DNA of 64,000 nt from Eledone cirrhosa. Its lineage: Eukaryota. This document shows positions 27,590 through 41,441 of the stretch, piece by piece. The notes below the pieces were generated by a model. That model ran no database searches and was not told the origin of the DNA. It was given only the letters and a program-made list of their open reading frames with translations. The stretch spans positions 99,510,001 to 99,574,000 of the forward strand of contig OZ024746.1 of NCBI GenBank assembly GCA_964016885.1, written 5' to 3'. The translations under genes were made by a program, and so were the position numbers. Numbering within the stretch: position 1 is the stretch's first letter; the number at the start of each line of letters is the position of its first letter.

Positions 27590-28099
27590 GTGTGTATATA
27601 CATGTGAAAAGCCCTTCTATATCTATCTATCATACAGAACGGAAAACTCTTCGGGAGTTTATCAATAATAATGAAAGACCAATTGACGGCACAGACATAT
27701 TCTGTGTCGCCAATTGTGTCCCCCCTCTACACCTTTTCCCCCACTTATATAGGAAAAAGAAACCCAAATAAAAAATTAACAGATATCAGACCAAATGTAA
27801 ACAACTGGTGGATATTAGCTGGTTTCATCAATTTCGGTAGGAAAGTCCTCCAGGGGCATATTCAACGGTACAAGCTTAGAAGTTCTGGTCCAAATGAGAC
27901 CAGAATGGATAGCTAGAATACCACAGCGTGTGCCTCTGGATGGAAATTCCTACATAAACATTTCTGTTGAGGGTAGGCGGCTTTCATGTTACCAGTGTTT
28001 AAGCAGTGGTCACCTGAGGGCTTCCTGTCCTCAATTAACTGCATTAAAAAAGGCACTACTGCCGACACTCAACACAACAACACAACCACCACCACCATC

Positions 28100-28132
<33 letters not shown>

Positions 28133-31100
28133 CAAACATTACAAAGAAAAATCCCCCCTCCCGAAAACAAAACAATGACAACACTCCAAATACAAATACC
28201 CACAACAAAACGAAAACACACACAAGAACAACAAAGAAAAACTAACACAACACAACAAAAATATTATACATACATAAACACTGACAATAAAACCTTGATG
28301 GAGGTCATCTCCAAAAACCCTTCCATGGAAACCGAAGGAAAATATTTTACCAACGAACCGCATCCTCTTGAAACGTTTCCCCACCCCCACCCTAGACACC
28401 CCCACCCTACCAGGCACCTCCTCCCCACCAAACACCTCCGTCCCCACCCCGCAGGAACCACCACCCTACCAAACAACCCCTCCAACACTCCCATGGACAT
28501 TGTGCAGCCTGGTCCCCAGGAGACGAAGAGGTGGGTGATTTCTTTTCCTCTTCTTTTAACTTTTCAGCACCAACATGGCCAATATAAGAGTTGGATGTGT
28601 GAATGTACGCGGTCTGGGGTTGCCCTGGAAACAGGGCAAACTCTTAAACGACCTCAGGTCGCACAGTATGGATGTAATAGCCATTTGCGAGTCCAGGATC
28701 CACAGCGAGCGACAGCTGGCCCCCATCTTCGATGACTTTGAGATCTACGCATCTCTCTGTCAGCGGGGAGGTGGGGCGGGTTTCCGTTTTGCTGCGGAAA
28801 CACCTGGACCTCGTAACACAGACGATACATCTGGACCCGGAGGGTCGACTGGTGGTCCTAGACGTTGACGGTAGTGAAGGTGGAGCCTTCAGGCTGATGG
28901 CCGCATATGCCCCATCCGGGACACCGCGGCCAGACTTCTTCAAACGTCTAGAGACTTTTCTGGGAACGTCCCGCTCCTTGCTTTTAGTGGGGGACTGGAA
29001 TGGAATCCTAGATGCACGTTGGGACTATGTGGGAGCATGTCCCGATAAAGGGGGTGTAACAGCCTCAAAGAGTTAATCGGCCGGTTTGACCTGGCCGATA
29101 GATATCGACTAGATTTTCCGACTGTGCCACTGTGGACGTGGACTAATAAAGCGGAACGTTTAGATCGTACCTAGATACGTTTCTAGTTAGAAATAAAGAT
29201 AGGGACATGTTAAGCTGTCCACAAATGTTCATGGTTGCCTATTCAGATCACAAACTAGTGACCTGCATGGTCAACCTCGATAGAACCCATAGACAAGGAC
29301 CCGGCTACTGGAGGCTGAACGTTACCGACATGCAAAGCCTACAGTAGACGGATTAGCACTTTAGTTAAACAGCTCTTGACAGGGGCCATTGTCAACAACA
29401 GATGGTGGTACTCTCTCAAGAGGGCAGTTAGATTAGACTCGTTAGTTTTTAGTAAAGAATTAGCGTTAAATAGAAATAGGACCGAGAAGGAACTGATAGA
29501 TAAAGTAGAAGAGGCAATTAGAAGTGGCAAAGTAGCCAGCGTGCTAGCAACGAGAACGGCCTTGGACCAGTTCTTAGACGCAAAGCACGAGGGCTGCGTT
29601 GTCAGAAGCAAAATACGTGCTCTGGGTAACGAGGGAGCCAAAGCTGTTAGCTGGGCCCGGGTGACGGAGGCAAAAAGTGGCAACAAGTCCACGATTCGGT
29701 CTTTGAAGGACCAAGGCGGACGCGTGATACGTGAGCCGAAGCAGATGTGCGCGGCCTTTCAGCGGCACTTTGCTCAGCTGTTCGGGAAGGGAGGCGCGCC
29801 GGGAGGGGCTATGGATTTCGGTCCATACCTCGACGGCCTACCGCGACTCTCGTATAGCGAGGCGAAGTTCTGCGAAAAGCCGATTTCAGCCGCTGAGATA
29901 GGGGACGCGCTGAGCCAATCCGGCAAACGCAAATCTCCAGGTCTTGACGGTCTACCCTACGAATTTTACATAGCAATGCCGGACTTGTTCTCCGGTCTCC
30001 TGGAAGCGGTCTACTGCAACTGGCAGCAGAACGGGAGAATTCCCAGTTCTGTGACCAGGGGCGTAGTTACACTAGTCAGGAAGGACGAGAATAAGGGGGA
30101 TGACATAGGCAACTTTCGGCCCATAACTCTGCTAAACACAGAGTTACAGATTTTGGATAAAGTGTTGGCAAAGAGGCTGGCGCTTGTCGTCAAAAACCTG
30201 GTGGGAGAAGCGCAGTCATGCACAATCCCGACCAGGTCCATACACGACAACCTCCACCTCATGCGATATATCATAGAGCGGGTAGGGTGTAAACCCGGCT
30301 TCGGTGGGGCCCTGATCAACTTGGATCAGTCTAAGGCTTTCGATAGTGTTGACCATCGTTACCTGGATGCGGTGCTCGAGGCGGCAGGCTTCGGACTCGT
30401 GTTCTGGGGCTGGATTGCTGCAATGCACAACAGCAACATCTGCACCAAGGGTCAAGGTGAACAGCTACCTCTTAGAGCCGTTCCATATCACGCGATCCAT
30501 TCGACAGGGATGCCCTCTCTCCTCCCTTCTGTACGTACTGACTCTCGAGCCACTACTGCGGAAGTTGGAGCTATTGCAGGGTATCGCTCTGCAACCGGGA
30601 CTGCGGAAAGCGGCGTCGGCCTACGCCGACGACGTAATAGTAATGGTGTCGAGCACCTCGCAAATCGAAGAAGTTGGCACCTTACTGAAGGAATACGAAA
30701 TGTTCACAGGAGCGAAGCTGAACCCGGACAAATCCATCGGTTTGCAACTCAGATTGTGGAGAGGCAAACCGATGCCTTCCGATGGCGTCGTCGGGCACTG
30801 GACGGAAGGACTGGTAAAGCTGCTCGGGGTCTGGTTTGATCCGGACCTCCAGGTGGAGAAGAACTGGAACGAGATGACGGCCAAGGTGTTTGCAGTCACC
30901 CTGAAGTGGGGAACGGTGAAACGTCGAGCGGAGGTGGCGAACACTTTTATAGCGTCCGTCATCTACTACCGCTTGACCGTCGTGCCTTGTCCAGCCAAAA
31001 CGCTCACCAAAATGGAGCGCGTGCTCTTCCAAATCCTTTGGAAGAAGCGGGCTCCTTTGGTGAGAAGATCCATCTGCTGCCAACACTCTTCAAACGGAGG

Positions 31101-32205
31101 GCTGGGGCTGTCGTGGCTGACGATTCGCAAACACGCGCTCAGGCTGCTGCAGCTCCACGTATTCCTCACCGGACAACCGGTGTGGGCCCCGTTCGTGAGG
31201 CGAGCATTCCCACGACTCGTCCCGCTCACCGAGCTGCAGTCCTGGGTCAAGCAAAGACCGAGGAAAATGGGCGACTGGCACATCGAATGTGCTCAGGCGC
31301 TCACAGTCCTCTGGCAGGCGGACCCGGCGATCAGTGGAGACTCCACTTCGTCATTCTATAGCGGGTTGGTCCGTAGCAAGTGCGACGACGCGCTCGGGAA
31401 AACTCTAGGCGTAGAGGAAGGTGAACTGGCCAGTCTGTTCGGTAGAACCTCCTGCCCGGGACCGATGGACAACTACCAAAAGTCCCTGGACTGGCAGTGC
31501 TACCGAGGAGCTCTACTAGTTAGAGACAAGCTCTACAGACACGGGCGCCCGGGCAGGGACCCTTCGAAAAAATCTGTCCGAGATGCGTGCGCGACGAGGA
31601 AACAGTCGCGCACGTATTTGTACACTGCCCGGGCGTTACCGACCTATGGGGCTATGTAGAACGACTATTGTCGCGGGTGGACCAATCCGGTTGACCACCG
31701 AGTCCATTGTCATAATCAAACCGCCACCCTCCTTCAAAAACGAAGGAGAGGCGGTTTTCCTTTGTGTGATAGCTATGGGGAAAGAGGTTGTATGGTGGAC
31801 GAGGTTAAAAGGGCTGAGGTCAGACACCTTTCTCTCCGGCCAACAACTGATTCTTTTTTTCAAATACCACTTTGGAAGAAGGAGAGAGAGGTGCTGTACC
31901 CCAGCAAGTGCTATGAAAGGTGGGTGAAAGTGGCGAGAATGGCCCGAGTGAATGGGCCTTCTCTCTATATCAGCCTGTAGGTTGAGAAAAAGGAGGAAGA
32001 GAGGAAAGGGGTACAAACTCTTTGTACTCCTGGATATGAGGGTTGTACATTTTTTTTCGGGGGTATGTGTTACCCATATAAAATGACTCCCCCTATTGGG
32101 GAAAATCGATTAACTTTTAAATAATATTTTACACGTTTTTATTGTATGTAAACTCCCCCTTTGTATTTGTCCCCTTCTTTTGTGCCCCTGTGGCTAATAA
32201 AGAAA
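27590..32205 (+). mobile_element. Near-full-length L1/Tx1-clade LINE, inactivated by frameshifts
   Basis: ORF1 remnant with CCHC knuckle (CYQCLSSGHLRASC), ORF2 APE-RT, 3'UTR with AATAAA at about 32195. GC-rich compared with the flanks. Confidence 0.92.
28575..31980 (+). pseudogene. LINE ORF2 (AP endonuclease plus reverse transcriptase), split over several frames
   Basis: VGCVNVRGL, ICES, GDWNG, SDHK (APE); KSPGLDGLP, RPITLLN, DQSKAFDSVD, RQGCPLS, YADD (RT); GGLGL. Confidence 0.92.
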
Positions 32206-32217
32206 CATATCTCTCTC

Positions 32218-32265
<48 letters not shown>

Positions 32266-32832
32266 TAATTGTTTCTACTTTTTGGCACAAGGCCAGCAAT
32301 TTCCCAGTGCATTACTGGTACTTTATTTTCTCGACCTCGTAAGGATGAAAGGCAAAGTCAACCTCGGCGGGATTTGAACTCAGAATGGCAAGAGCCGTAA
32401 CTCTCTCTATATATATAATAAGGAGTTACATATATATAAATGTATGTACAGTATATTTTGCAATATACTGTATGTTTAATTAAAAACATTTTGAAGACCA
32501 TTCGCTATGAGTTTTAAAGTAGTGACTATGTCATTTACTTATTTTCGGTAAACACAAAGGAAGACTGATCGACAGTCTGTTTCTCTCTTGTTGGCGTTTA
32601 TCAAGACCACACCCTGCCTTTGCCCAAAATTATAGAAGCTGGATTCTTATAGTATTCCAGTAATATTTAAGAGCTGATTAAACAGAGCGATTGCCGGTCC
32701 AGCAAAAATTAGCTATTAGTATTGGTGCTCTCAAATAGCGATGTATACATGAATGTATGTATAATATATTTGGCAATATACTCTATGTTTAATTAAAGAC
32801 ATTTTGAAGACCCATTCGGTATGAGTTTTAAA

Positions 32833-32911
<79 letters not shown>

Positions 32912-32991
32912 CTATTATATATATATGTATATATATATATATTATAGTGGGAGAATAATAAACAACCAAATTCTTGAGAAAATATTTATTT

Positions 32992-33114
32992 GTTTACAAT
33001 TGTTTCAAAGGACAAATCACAATTCGATCCATAAGAACGAAATCTAACGATATTTGAATCAATAGGCCTAGGGGATATAGACATCGAACTATGATGGGAC
33101 CTCAACTTCAGAAC
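32992..33114 (-). ncRNA. Probable decayed hammerhead with about 95-nt stem II insert
   Basis: Minus strand: GTT CTGAAGT TGAGG...CCTTT GAAA CAATTG TA AAC. Confidence 0.45.
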
Positions 33115-34379
33115 GCAAAAAATTCTATAAATATAAATTTGAAAAATACATGTCACTGATGGCAGGGAAATTTGACGTTAAATGATATATATGTATGTGT
33201 ATGAGTGTATGTGTGCGTGTGAATTACAGGCATGTACAGTGAACAAACACTGTGTATAAATAGGTATTAATAATGGAAATTGTCAAGAAAAGGCCTCAGT
33301 ATTTTGAGACTATGCACAACTAATTTCTCATATTTAGCTAAATTATTTAAATCTCAATATCCAGATAGAACACATACATTTTTAATAAATGCAGAAAATA
33401 ACAAGATTATGAAGAGAAAAAGAGATGCGTAGGTTTTATTAATATAGCTACTCTTTCTTGCTGTGGCAAAGAATTTGAAAATTTCTAATTATTTTCCTGT
33501 CTCTACGTTGTTGAAGCTGTATTTGTACATGTTTTGGATTAGCATTTTTAATCACTTTTGACTCTTTTCCTCCACAGGACAGCTTAGAAACATTCTAAAG
33601 AATTTCTCAAAAGCAGACTTACTGTCTATATTTGAAAAAAGATTAAATTTTGAAATAACGTGTCAGCAAATGTTAGCTCAATCAGCAGAGGTAAACAATG
33701 CCACTAACGGACATAAACAATCGACAAAGTATGAATTATTAAAAGAAAACGAACGTATTCAATAAAGTTTGTATTAAAAACGAAAGTTTCCATATCATTC
33801 TGAAAGAATAAATGTTTTGCGTATTACTAAATAATTGTTTCTATTTTTTGGCACAAGGCCAGCAATTATCCCAGTACATTACTGGTACTTTATTTTATCG
33901 ACCCCGAAAGGTTAAAAAGCAAAGTTAACCTCAGCGGGATTTGAATTCAATATCCACGCACTCACACATACACACTCATATACAAAATGTGACGTCGTCT
34001 CGTGTTATGAAATGTCAGTTTAGTTATAGTTGACTATAGTAGATTATTTTAGATAAAATGTTATATAGTTTTAATCCAAATGAAAATAATTAGATGTTGT
34101 TAATCCCGTGGTCTAATACCCCTTGTAAAATTTAATTTGATTTGGTCGAGCCATTTGAGAATGCATAAGAAAGAGACAGACAGAAAAAGAATTTTATAAA
34201 TAGAGAGATATATTATAGAGTAAAATGACAGATTGAGTGCTGTGTGCTTGGTTTGTGCATGCACAAACCAAACAAAGAGCATACAGCACACAAGTATAAC
34301 AATATATATATTTATATTAGATTTCATATTTTCTTGAATATCTGCAATGTGTTCTTCAGTTGTTTATAAGAGACAATCT

Positions 34380-35814
34380 AGAAAGTAACTTCTCCAGTCA
34401 ACAACAGAGTAACACACGCACTCACACACACTCTCACACACACACTCGCTCTCTCACGCACGCACACTCTCTCTCTCTCTCACACACACACACAAGCACA
34501 CACTCTCGCTCCCACACACACAAGCACACTCTCTCAACACACACCCACACATTCTCTCTCTTTCTCTCACACACGCTCTCTCTCGCACAAACAAGCGTAC
34601 ACTCTCTCTCACACACACTCTCTCTTTCACACCCACACTCTCTCCCTCTCTCGCAACAACAGAGTAACACACACACACACACACACACACTCTCTCTCTC
34701 TCTCTCACAAAAACACACCTACTCTTTCTCTCTCGCTCTCCCTCTCTCACACACACAAACACACACACATACATAAACTCTCTCTCACACACACACACAA
34801 GCACACTCTCTCTCGCACACAGACACACACTCCCCCTCTCTGTTTATCTCTCTCTCTCTCTTTCTCTCTCACACACACACTCTTTCTCTCTCCCTCTCCC
34901 TCTCTCTCACACACACTCTCTCTTTCTCTCCTCCTCTCTCTTCCTCTCACACATATAAACAACAAATAAGCAATTGTTGGGAATCTCTAGATACGACTAT
35001 TCTCACGTGACACAATAGCAGTAACTCCGCGTATTCCGAGATCTCTGCTAATTCTTAACATTTCATAGTATTTCCTTCTTTTTATTATTACATTCACACT
35101 TATCACTTCCACTTCCACAGAAACACAATATACAACCAACTAACACATACATACACACATATACGCATACATACATACATATACATACACATACCTACAT
35201 ATGCACACGCAAAGAAACAGATACATATACACATACATACACATAGAGACACATATATACAGATATATACACACACATACATATACACATACACATAGAG
35301 ACACACATATACACACGCATACATACACATAGAGACACACATATACAGATATATATATATACACACATACAGACGCATACATACACACATACATACACAT
35401 GGAGACACATATACAGATATATACACACACATACAGAGGCATACATACACACATACATACACATAGAGACACACATATACACATATATACACACACATAC
35501 AGACACATACATACACACATACATACACATAGAGACACACATATATACATATATACACACACATACAGACGCATACATATACACATACATACACATAGAG
35601 ATACACATATACACATATATACACACACATACAAACGCATACATACACACATATACACACACATGTGCTCTCTCCCACTTTCCCTCTTACAGTTACTGGT
35701 ATAACCAACAAATAATGTATACATACACATACATATACACATACATATACATACATAGACACACATAAACACATACACACACAGAAACACACACATCCAT
35801 ACACACATATATAT

Positions 35815-35849
<35 letters not shown>

Positions 35850-36010
35850 CTACCTCCCACTTTCCCTCTCACAGTCACCGGTATAGGCTACAAATATATA
35901 CACACATATATACACATCAACACATACACATATATACACACTGTATGCTCTCGCCCCCCTCTCTCTCCCTCTCTCTAGCTATCTATCTATCTCTCACCCT
36001 CCCTCTCACA
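34380..36010. repeat. Complex (CA)/(CT)/(CATA) low-complexity region
   Basis: Direct reading. Confidence 0.9.
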
Positions 36011-36218
36011 GTCAAAAGCCAGAAATAAGGTGAAGGCGAGAAGCTCCCAAAGCATTAGATGTGTTTCACATATCTCATTCATGCTAAGGCTCTATAGGTC
36101 CCCCCTCACACTATAACCTATATAGGCTCGTAGTAGTCCTCACCATCAACATCAGCACCATCAACAGCATCAATACAATTAATTTAAATACATACAGATA
36201 CTTACGCACTCAAATACA

Positions 36219-36290
<72 letters not shown>

Positions 36291-36690
36291 TGTATATGTT
36301 TAGATAAATGATTATATAATAATAGTAATAAACGTAATATATAACACTATAGCATCATTATTTATTTCATTATATATATTTCAGTACCAGTAATACACTG
36401 GTTATTTGCTGGCCTTGTGCCAAAAGTAGAAACAATTATATATAATTCAGGGATACTAAACTATAGTATGCCTTCAGACAAAATACGATATTACATGTAT
36501 AAAATGTTACATGACATACTCGTAAGAGAGACCGTATGCGATCAATTCTAAATAATTATATAAATATATACATATGCTTTCAGTTCCTTAGAAGACTAAC
36601 ACCACACCCTGGATCTGAGCATATCAATGGATTAACACGGTACAATCTATTACAACATTATGTTTTCCTCTTTTTTCTGTTCAAGCTCTT

Positions 36691-36750
36691 ACAGCCTGAT
36701 GAGGTCATAGCTGTTGAATAATGGCTATCACTGAAATATATATAGCAGCG
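36691..36750 (+). ncRNA. Type I hammerhead, extended stem II
   Basis: GC CTGATGA GGTCATAGCTGTT-GAAT-AATGGCTATCACT GAAA TATATA TA GC. Stem I is weakened. Confidence 0.7.
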
Positions 36751-36929
36751 AATGTGAATAAACGAAGTTAATTTTACCCTGTTGACTTACACTTTTTGTT
36801 TTTACATTACCCCGGAGTAAACAGACGAACCTGCGCACTTTGTTGAGTGCTCCAGCGCTTATAGAAGTGTCGCTATACAACCAACACATACTCAAAATTA
36901 TATATATAATTATATATATATATTATATG

Positions 36930-37785
36930 AGCGATTAATGGCCGGCTTTGCCGTAGTTAAATAACCAACAAAATAGTTTTATCGCCGTCCTGTTTATATG
37001 CCAACACAAGAGCAATAATTGGGGGGGGGGGGGGGACTCATTCTACGGATATGGCTTAAAGAGGCTGTTTGCATAATTGAAAACGAATCGAATATTATTA
37101 TTAATATTGAAAAAGCTCAGATTTACATTTCTTATGTTCAGCCATGTAAAGCAATAACTATTTGGTAGTTATTAGAATATGGCAAAGCCGGCCATTAATC
37201 GCTCGTATACATAAAACTGACTGGCCTATCTGCTGATATGCAAATCTGGCTGATCAGTGGTTCTGTTAATATGCAGATCTGACTGATCAGCCAGTCTGCT
37301 AATATGCAAATCAGTCCAAGCAGTCACTGTATATTTCAGAAAATATCATATATTTCCCCTAGCTCTGACAGTTGGCAGGTAAGTAGTATACGATACTGAT
37401 GAGGGGTAATCACCCAGAAACGTTAGTGCCTGCAGTTCTGTTTATATGCCAACACAAGAGCAAGAATTACGGGGTCATTCTACTTACATGGCTTAAAGAA
37501 GCTGTTTGCATAATTGCAAGCGAATCGAGGTGGATTGGCAGTATCGGTAGAGGGTGGGACGCCATGCTTTGACGCATAAAGTTACGGCCTTTGCCATTCC
37601 TAGTTCAAACCCCGCCGAGGTTAACTTTGCCTTTCATCCTTACGGTGTCGATAAAATAAAGTACCAGTAATGCAATTGCTGGCCTTGAGCCAAAAGTAGA
37701 AACAATTATTAACATTCGAAAAGCTCAAATTTTCAATTTTCATTTCTTGTATTCAGGCATGTAGAGCGATAAAACTATTTGTTAT
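36930..37785 (+). mobile_element. Second copy of the 2.3-3.1 kb pLTR family: partial direct repeat, decayed hammerhead at 37391-37438, SINE at 37528-37710
   Basis: CTGATGA GGGGTAATCACCCA GAAA CGTTAGTG CC TGCAG (GUC changed to GCC); flanks homologous to 2250-3150. Confidence 0.75.
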
Positions 37786-37794
37786 ATATATATA

Positions 37795-38680
37795 TACGAG
37801 CTGTGTCAGAAAAGTTCCAGGACTGATGTCACAAAAGATTTATTTCAAACCCAAACTTCACACTAAGAGCTTTCTCCTTCAAAGTAATCCCCCTGGAGTC
37901 TAATGAACTTTTCTATCCTTTTCTGCCACGCTTGCATGCACTCCTGGAAGGATTCTTCTGGGATCCTCCGCAGTTCCATCATCACGGCCTTTTTGATGTC
38001 GTCCACGTCTTCAAAACGGGTCCCCTCCGGGTCGTACTCGAAGATCCATGACTCATCACTGGTGATGACTGTCCCTAGCAAGTCTGGTTCGGTTTCAAGA
38101 AGCTCGAGGATGTCCTGGCACACTTGCATGCGTAACCATTCTGGTCATCGTTCAGCAGTTTTGGCACCATCTTCGTGCAGACTTTCCGCATGTCCACATC
38201 TTCAGTGAGTATATTCCAGACGCTGTCCCGATTCATGCCCAGCTCATTTACCATCAGTCGAACAGTCAGCCGACGATCGCTACGCACCATCTGCCTGATG
38301 CGCTCAACGTTGACTTCAGTCCTGGTTGTTGAGAGCCTTCCGCTCCTAGGGTCATCTTGCACCACTCAAAAACACGTGAGCGTGACATCGTCTCATCTCC
38401 ATACACTTGCTGCAGCAATCCCAGTGCTTCTGACGGAGTTTTCCCCGAACGTACCAGAAACTTCAAGTTTGTTCATTGCTCTGTGCTCATTGCTTGACGA
38501 CCTGAAACAGAGGGCATCTATATAAAATTATAAAGAAAAAAGTTTGATCGCTGCAGAGAGCTAAGATTACAGTTACATACTCCAAGACGATTACTTTGAA
38601 GGAGAAAACTCTTGGTGTGAAGTTTGGGTTTGAAATAAATCTTTTGTGGCATCAGTCCTGGAAAATTTCTGACACACCTC

Positions 38681-38683
<3 letters not shown>
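37795..38683 (-). mobile_element. Internally deleted mariner transposon in (TA)n
   Basis: TIRs TACGAG.TGTGTCAGAAA / TTTCTGACACACCTCGTA. Transposase remnants: KFLVRSGKTPSE..VYGDETMSRSRVFEW, DDPRSGR, VITSDESWIFEYDPE fused to GTRFEDVDDIK...GDYFEG. Confidence 0.92.
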
Positions 38684-38739
<56 letters not shown>

Positions 38740-38741
<2 letters not shown>

Positions 38742-39470
38742 TATGTATGTATACGTACATACATATATGTATACAGACGTACAGTAGTATGTATATATAT
38801 ACATACATGCACACATATATATATATTCACGTATCAGTTTACCGAACATTTATTATAATGCTCGGTTTGTTTGTTTGTAAACAGCCCGAATTACGCCGTA
38901 CAGTGTTTTGGCAACCACGTCACCTTTTTGTTCAACACTGACACAGGAACGATGTACTAGTTTCAAGCCTATTAGCTATCGTCAGCATCGTATACCTTCC
39001 TGCCAGATGGTTGAACGTCTGAAAGTATATACTTTCCTTATGCATATTAACGGCTGAGCAGCCTAATTTGCATATCGAGTGAGTTTAGTCGGCCGGGCGC
39101 ACCGAAAACGATAAATGGAATACTCTTAGTACGGCAGTTATTTAAATGTAAGTATGTATGTATGTATACGTACATACATATATGTATACAGACGTACAGT
39201 AGTATGTATATATATATACACACATGCACACATATATATATGCACGTTCCTGTGTCAGTGTTGAACAAAAAGGTGACGTGGTTGCCTAAACACTGTACGG
39301 CTTAATTCGGGCTGTTTGTTTGTTTACAAACAAACCGAACATTATAATAAATGTTCGGTAAACCGATACGTGCATATATATATGTGTGCATGTATGTATA
39401 TATATACATACTGCTGTGCGTCTGTATACATATAAGTATGTACGTATACATACATACATACTTACATTTA
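38740..39470. repeat. Fold-back element (38740-38950 vs 39245-39465) enclosing a hammerhead
   Basis: The arms are reverse complements; a partial direct repeat lies at 39150-39245. Confidence 0.8.
38950..38990 (-). ncRNA. Intact minimal type I hammerhead ribozyme
   Basis: Minus strand: CGATG CTGACGA TAGCT-AATA-GGCTT GAAA CTAG TA CATCG. Confidence 0.88.
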
Positions 39471-39521
39471 AATAACTACCGTACCAAGAGTGAGAAATGA
39501 AATTTCGTTTCATTCTATTCC

Positions 39522-39555
<34 letters not shown>

Positions 39556-39793
39556 ACAATGTTAGACTGTAAATAAATAAAACCCCTTTTTGTACTGTTG
39601 TCCATATTATTCTTCACTTTTTCAATTTTATTGCTCCAAGATAAACTTACACAGGAATGGAAGTTAAATCATAAACTCGCCATCTACGTAAACTTCTTGT
39701 TGAGTCAAACAACGCCGTACGCTAAAACTATCCATAATAAGAAGTATTCACAACCTCTAACTGGATTACCCATAACGATATTTTGTTATCCCT

Positions 39794-39829
<36 letters not shown>

Positions 39830-39833
<4 letters not shown>

Positions 39834-39990
39834 AACGCTGGATGTCGGTAAGCATGTCCAGCTAATCTCAGTCTCCTCTGTGTCACTTTTGAGCTGACTT
39901 TTGGGATGCTCCCATACAGCTCTGAGTTTTTCATCCTCAGTGTATACTGCCAATCCACCATGGTAGAATATGAAATGTTAAGTGTTAATT
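39830..39990 (-). mobile_element. RTE-like LINE C-terminal fragment
   Basis: NSELYGSIPKVSSKVTQRRLRLAGHAYRHP. Confidence 0.7.
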
Positions 39991-40090
39991 GAACAAGTAC
40001 TTTCATGCTTTCGCAATCTTCAGGTTCATATTCAGTGGTGACAGTCAAGTCTGCAATATCTTCTATACACAATCATACACACCCGTGTAC

Positions 40091-40150
<60 letters not shown>

Positions 40151-40425
40151 AAAGAGAGAGAGAGAGGGAGGTGGAGAGAAGGAGTTAACTCCACAAATTA
40201 ACTAGCCATACTTGAGAACACGCGCTTCACTCAAATGATTCTTCAACTTGTGTATGGTTTTAGCAAGAACGGAAGTAGTGACATACATACCTAGACACAC
40301 AGACAGATACACACACACACATATACATACACACACAACCACACACACACAACGACACACACACACATATACATACACACACAACCACACACACACAACG
40401 ATACACACACACATATATATATATT

Positions 40426-40456
<31 letters not shown>

Positions 40457-40569
40457 ATATATATATATTTATACATATATATATATATGTATATATATGT
40501 CTGTGTGTGTATATATATATATATATGTATGTATATATATATATATTTATACATATATATATGTATATA

Positions 40570-40605
<36 letters not shown>

Positions 40606-41004
40606 AATATATATATGTATATACATGGATACACACACACACAAATGTGTCTGTGTATGTAAAAATACGTATAGAGATACATTCATAAAAATTTCTCCTA
40701 CATTTCCATTCTACATATTTCTAAATACTGGTAACGGCGGTGGTTGAAGTGCCAGGGAAGTATGCTAGCAATCTTTGCTGAGTGATTCATTTAATTTCAA
40801 CATGATATGTAAGATATCCGGTTTCACGTGTTTGAGAGGATGTACTTTACATTATTGTCTCTGCCCTTGAGAAAATTTATGAAAAGTTTACAAATCAACA
40901 ACCCATTCAAGGTTATTAAGTGATAACTTCACTTTAAAATATTGAAAGGAAGAGTCGAATGAATACTTAACAACGAACCACAAAAAATATAATACTGCAA
41001 GCGT

Positions 41005-41441
41005 AACTCGGAGATCAGCGAATCACTCCAGTCGCTACTTCTCCGATTGAGACATCACAGCTCCGATACTATGGACATGTGGTTATAATGTCTCAGGAGA
41101 TCAGAGAGTCACTCCAGGTACAGCAGCTACTTCTCCGAATTGAGAGATCACAGCTCCAATACTATGGACATGTGGTTAGAATGTCCCAGGAAAGAATAGC
41201 TGGACAGATTTTACAGGCAAAACCAAAACGTTTACGACCCAGGGGTAGACCCCGAGCAAGATGTTTGAATAACATCCATGAGCTTGGCTGGCCTCTCTTG
41301 GGGATCCAGCCGGATCAGTTGGAGACGGTTGCTTCTGACAGGAGCCTCTGGAAGGAGTCTTTGAAGACTCTGCACCCACGGCCCTTTCAGGATAAGTGGG
41401 TGAAGAAGAAGAAGAAGAAGAAGAAGAAGAAGAAGAAGAAG
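41005..41441 (+). mobile_element. 3' fragment of an RTE LINE with (GAA)n tail and an internal ~85-bp duplication
   Basis: EIRESLQVQQLLLRIERSQLQYYGHVVRM...RPRGRPRAR; same family as 7776-8207. Confidence 0.85.

Noticed and set aside
29574-32016. Antisense and alternative-frame ORFs over the LINE
   Set aside because: Shadow ORFs of GC-rich ORF2 with no motifs of their own.
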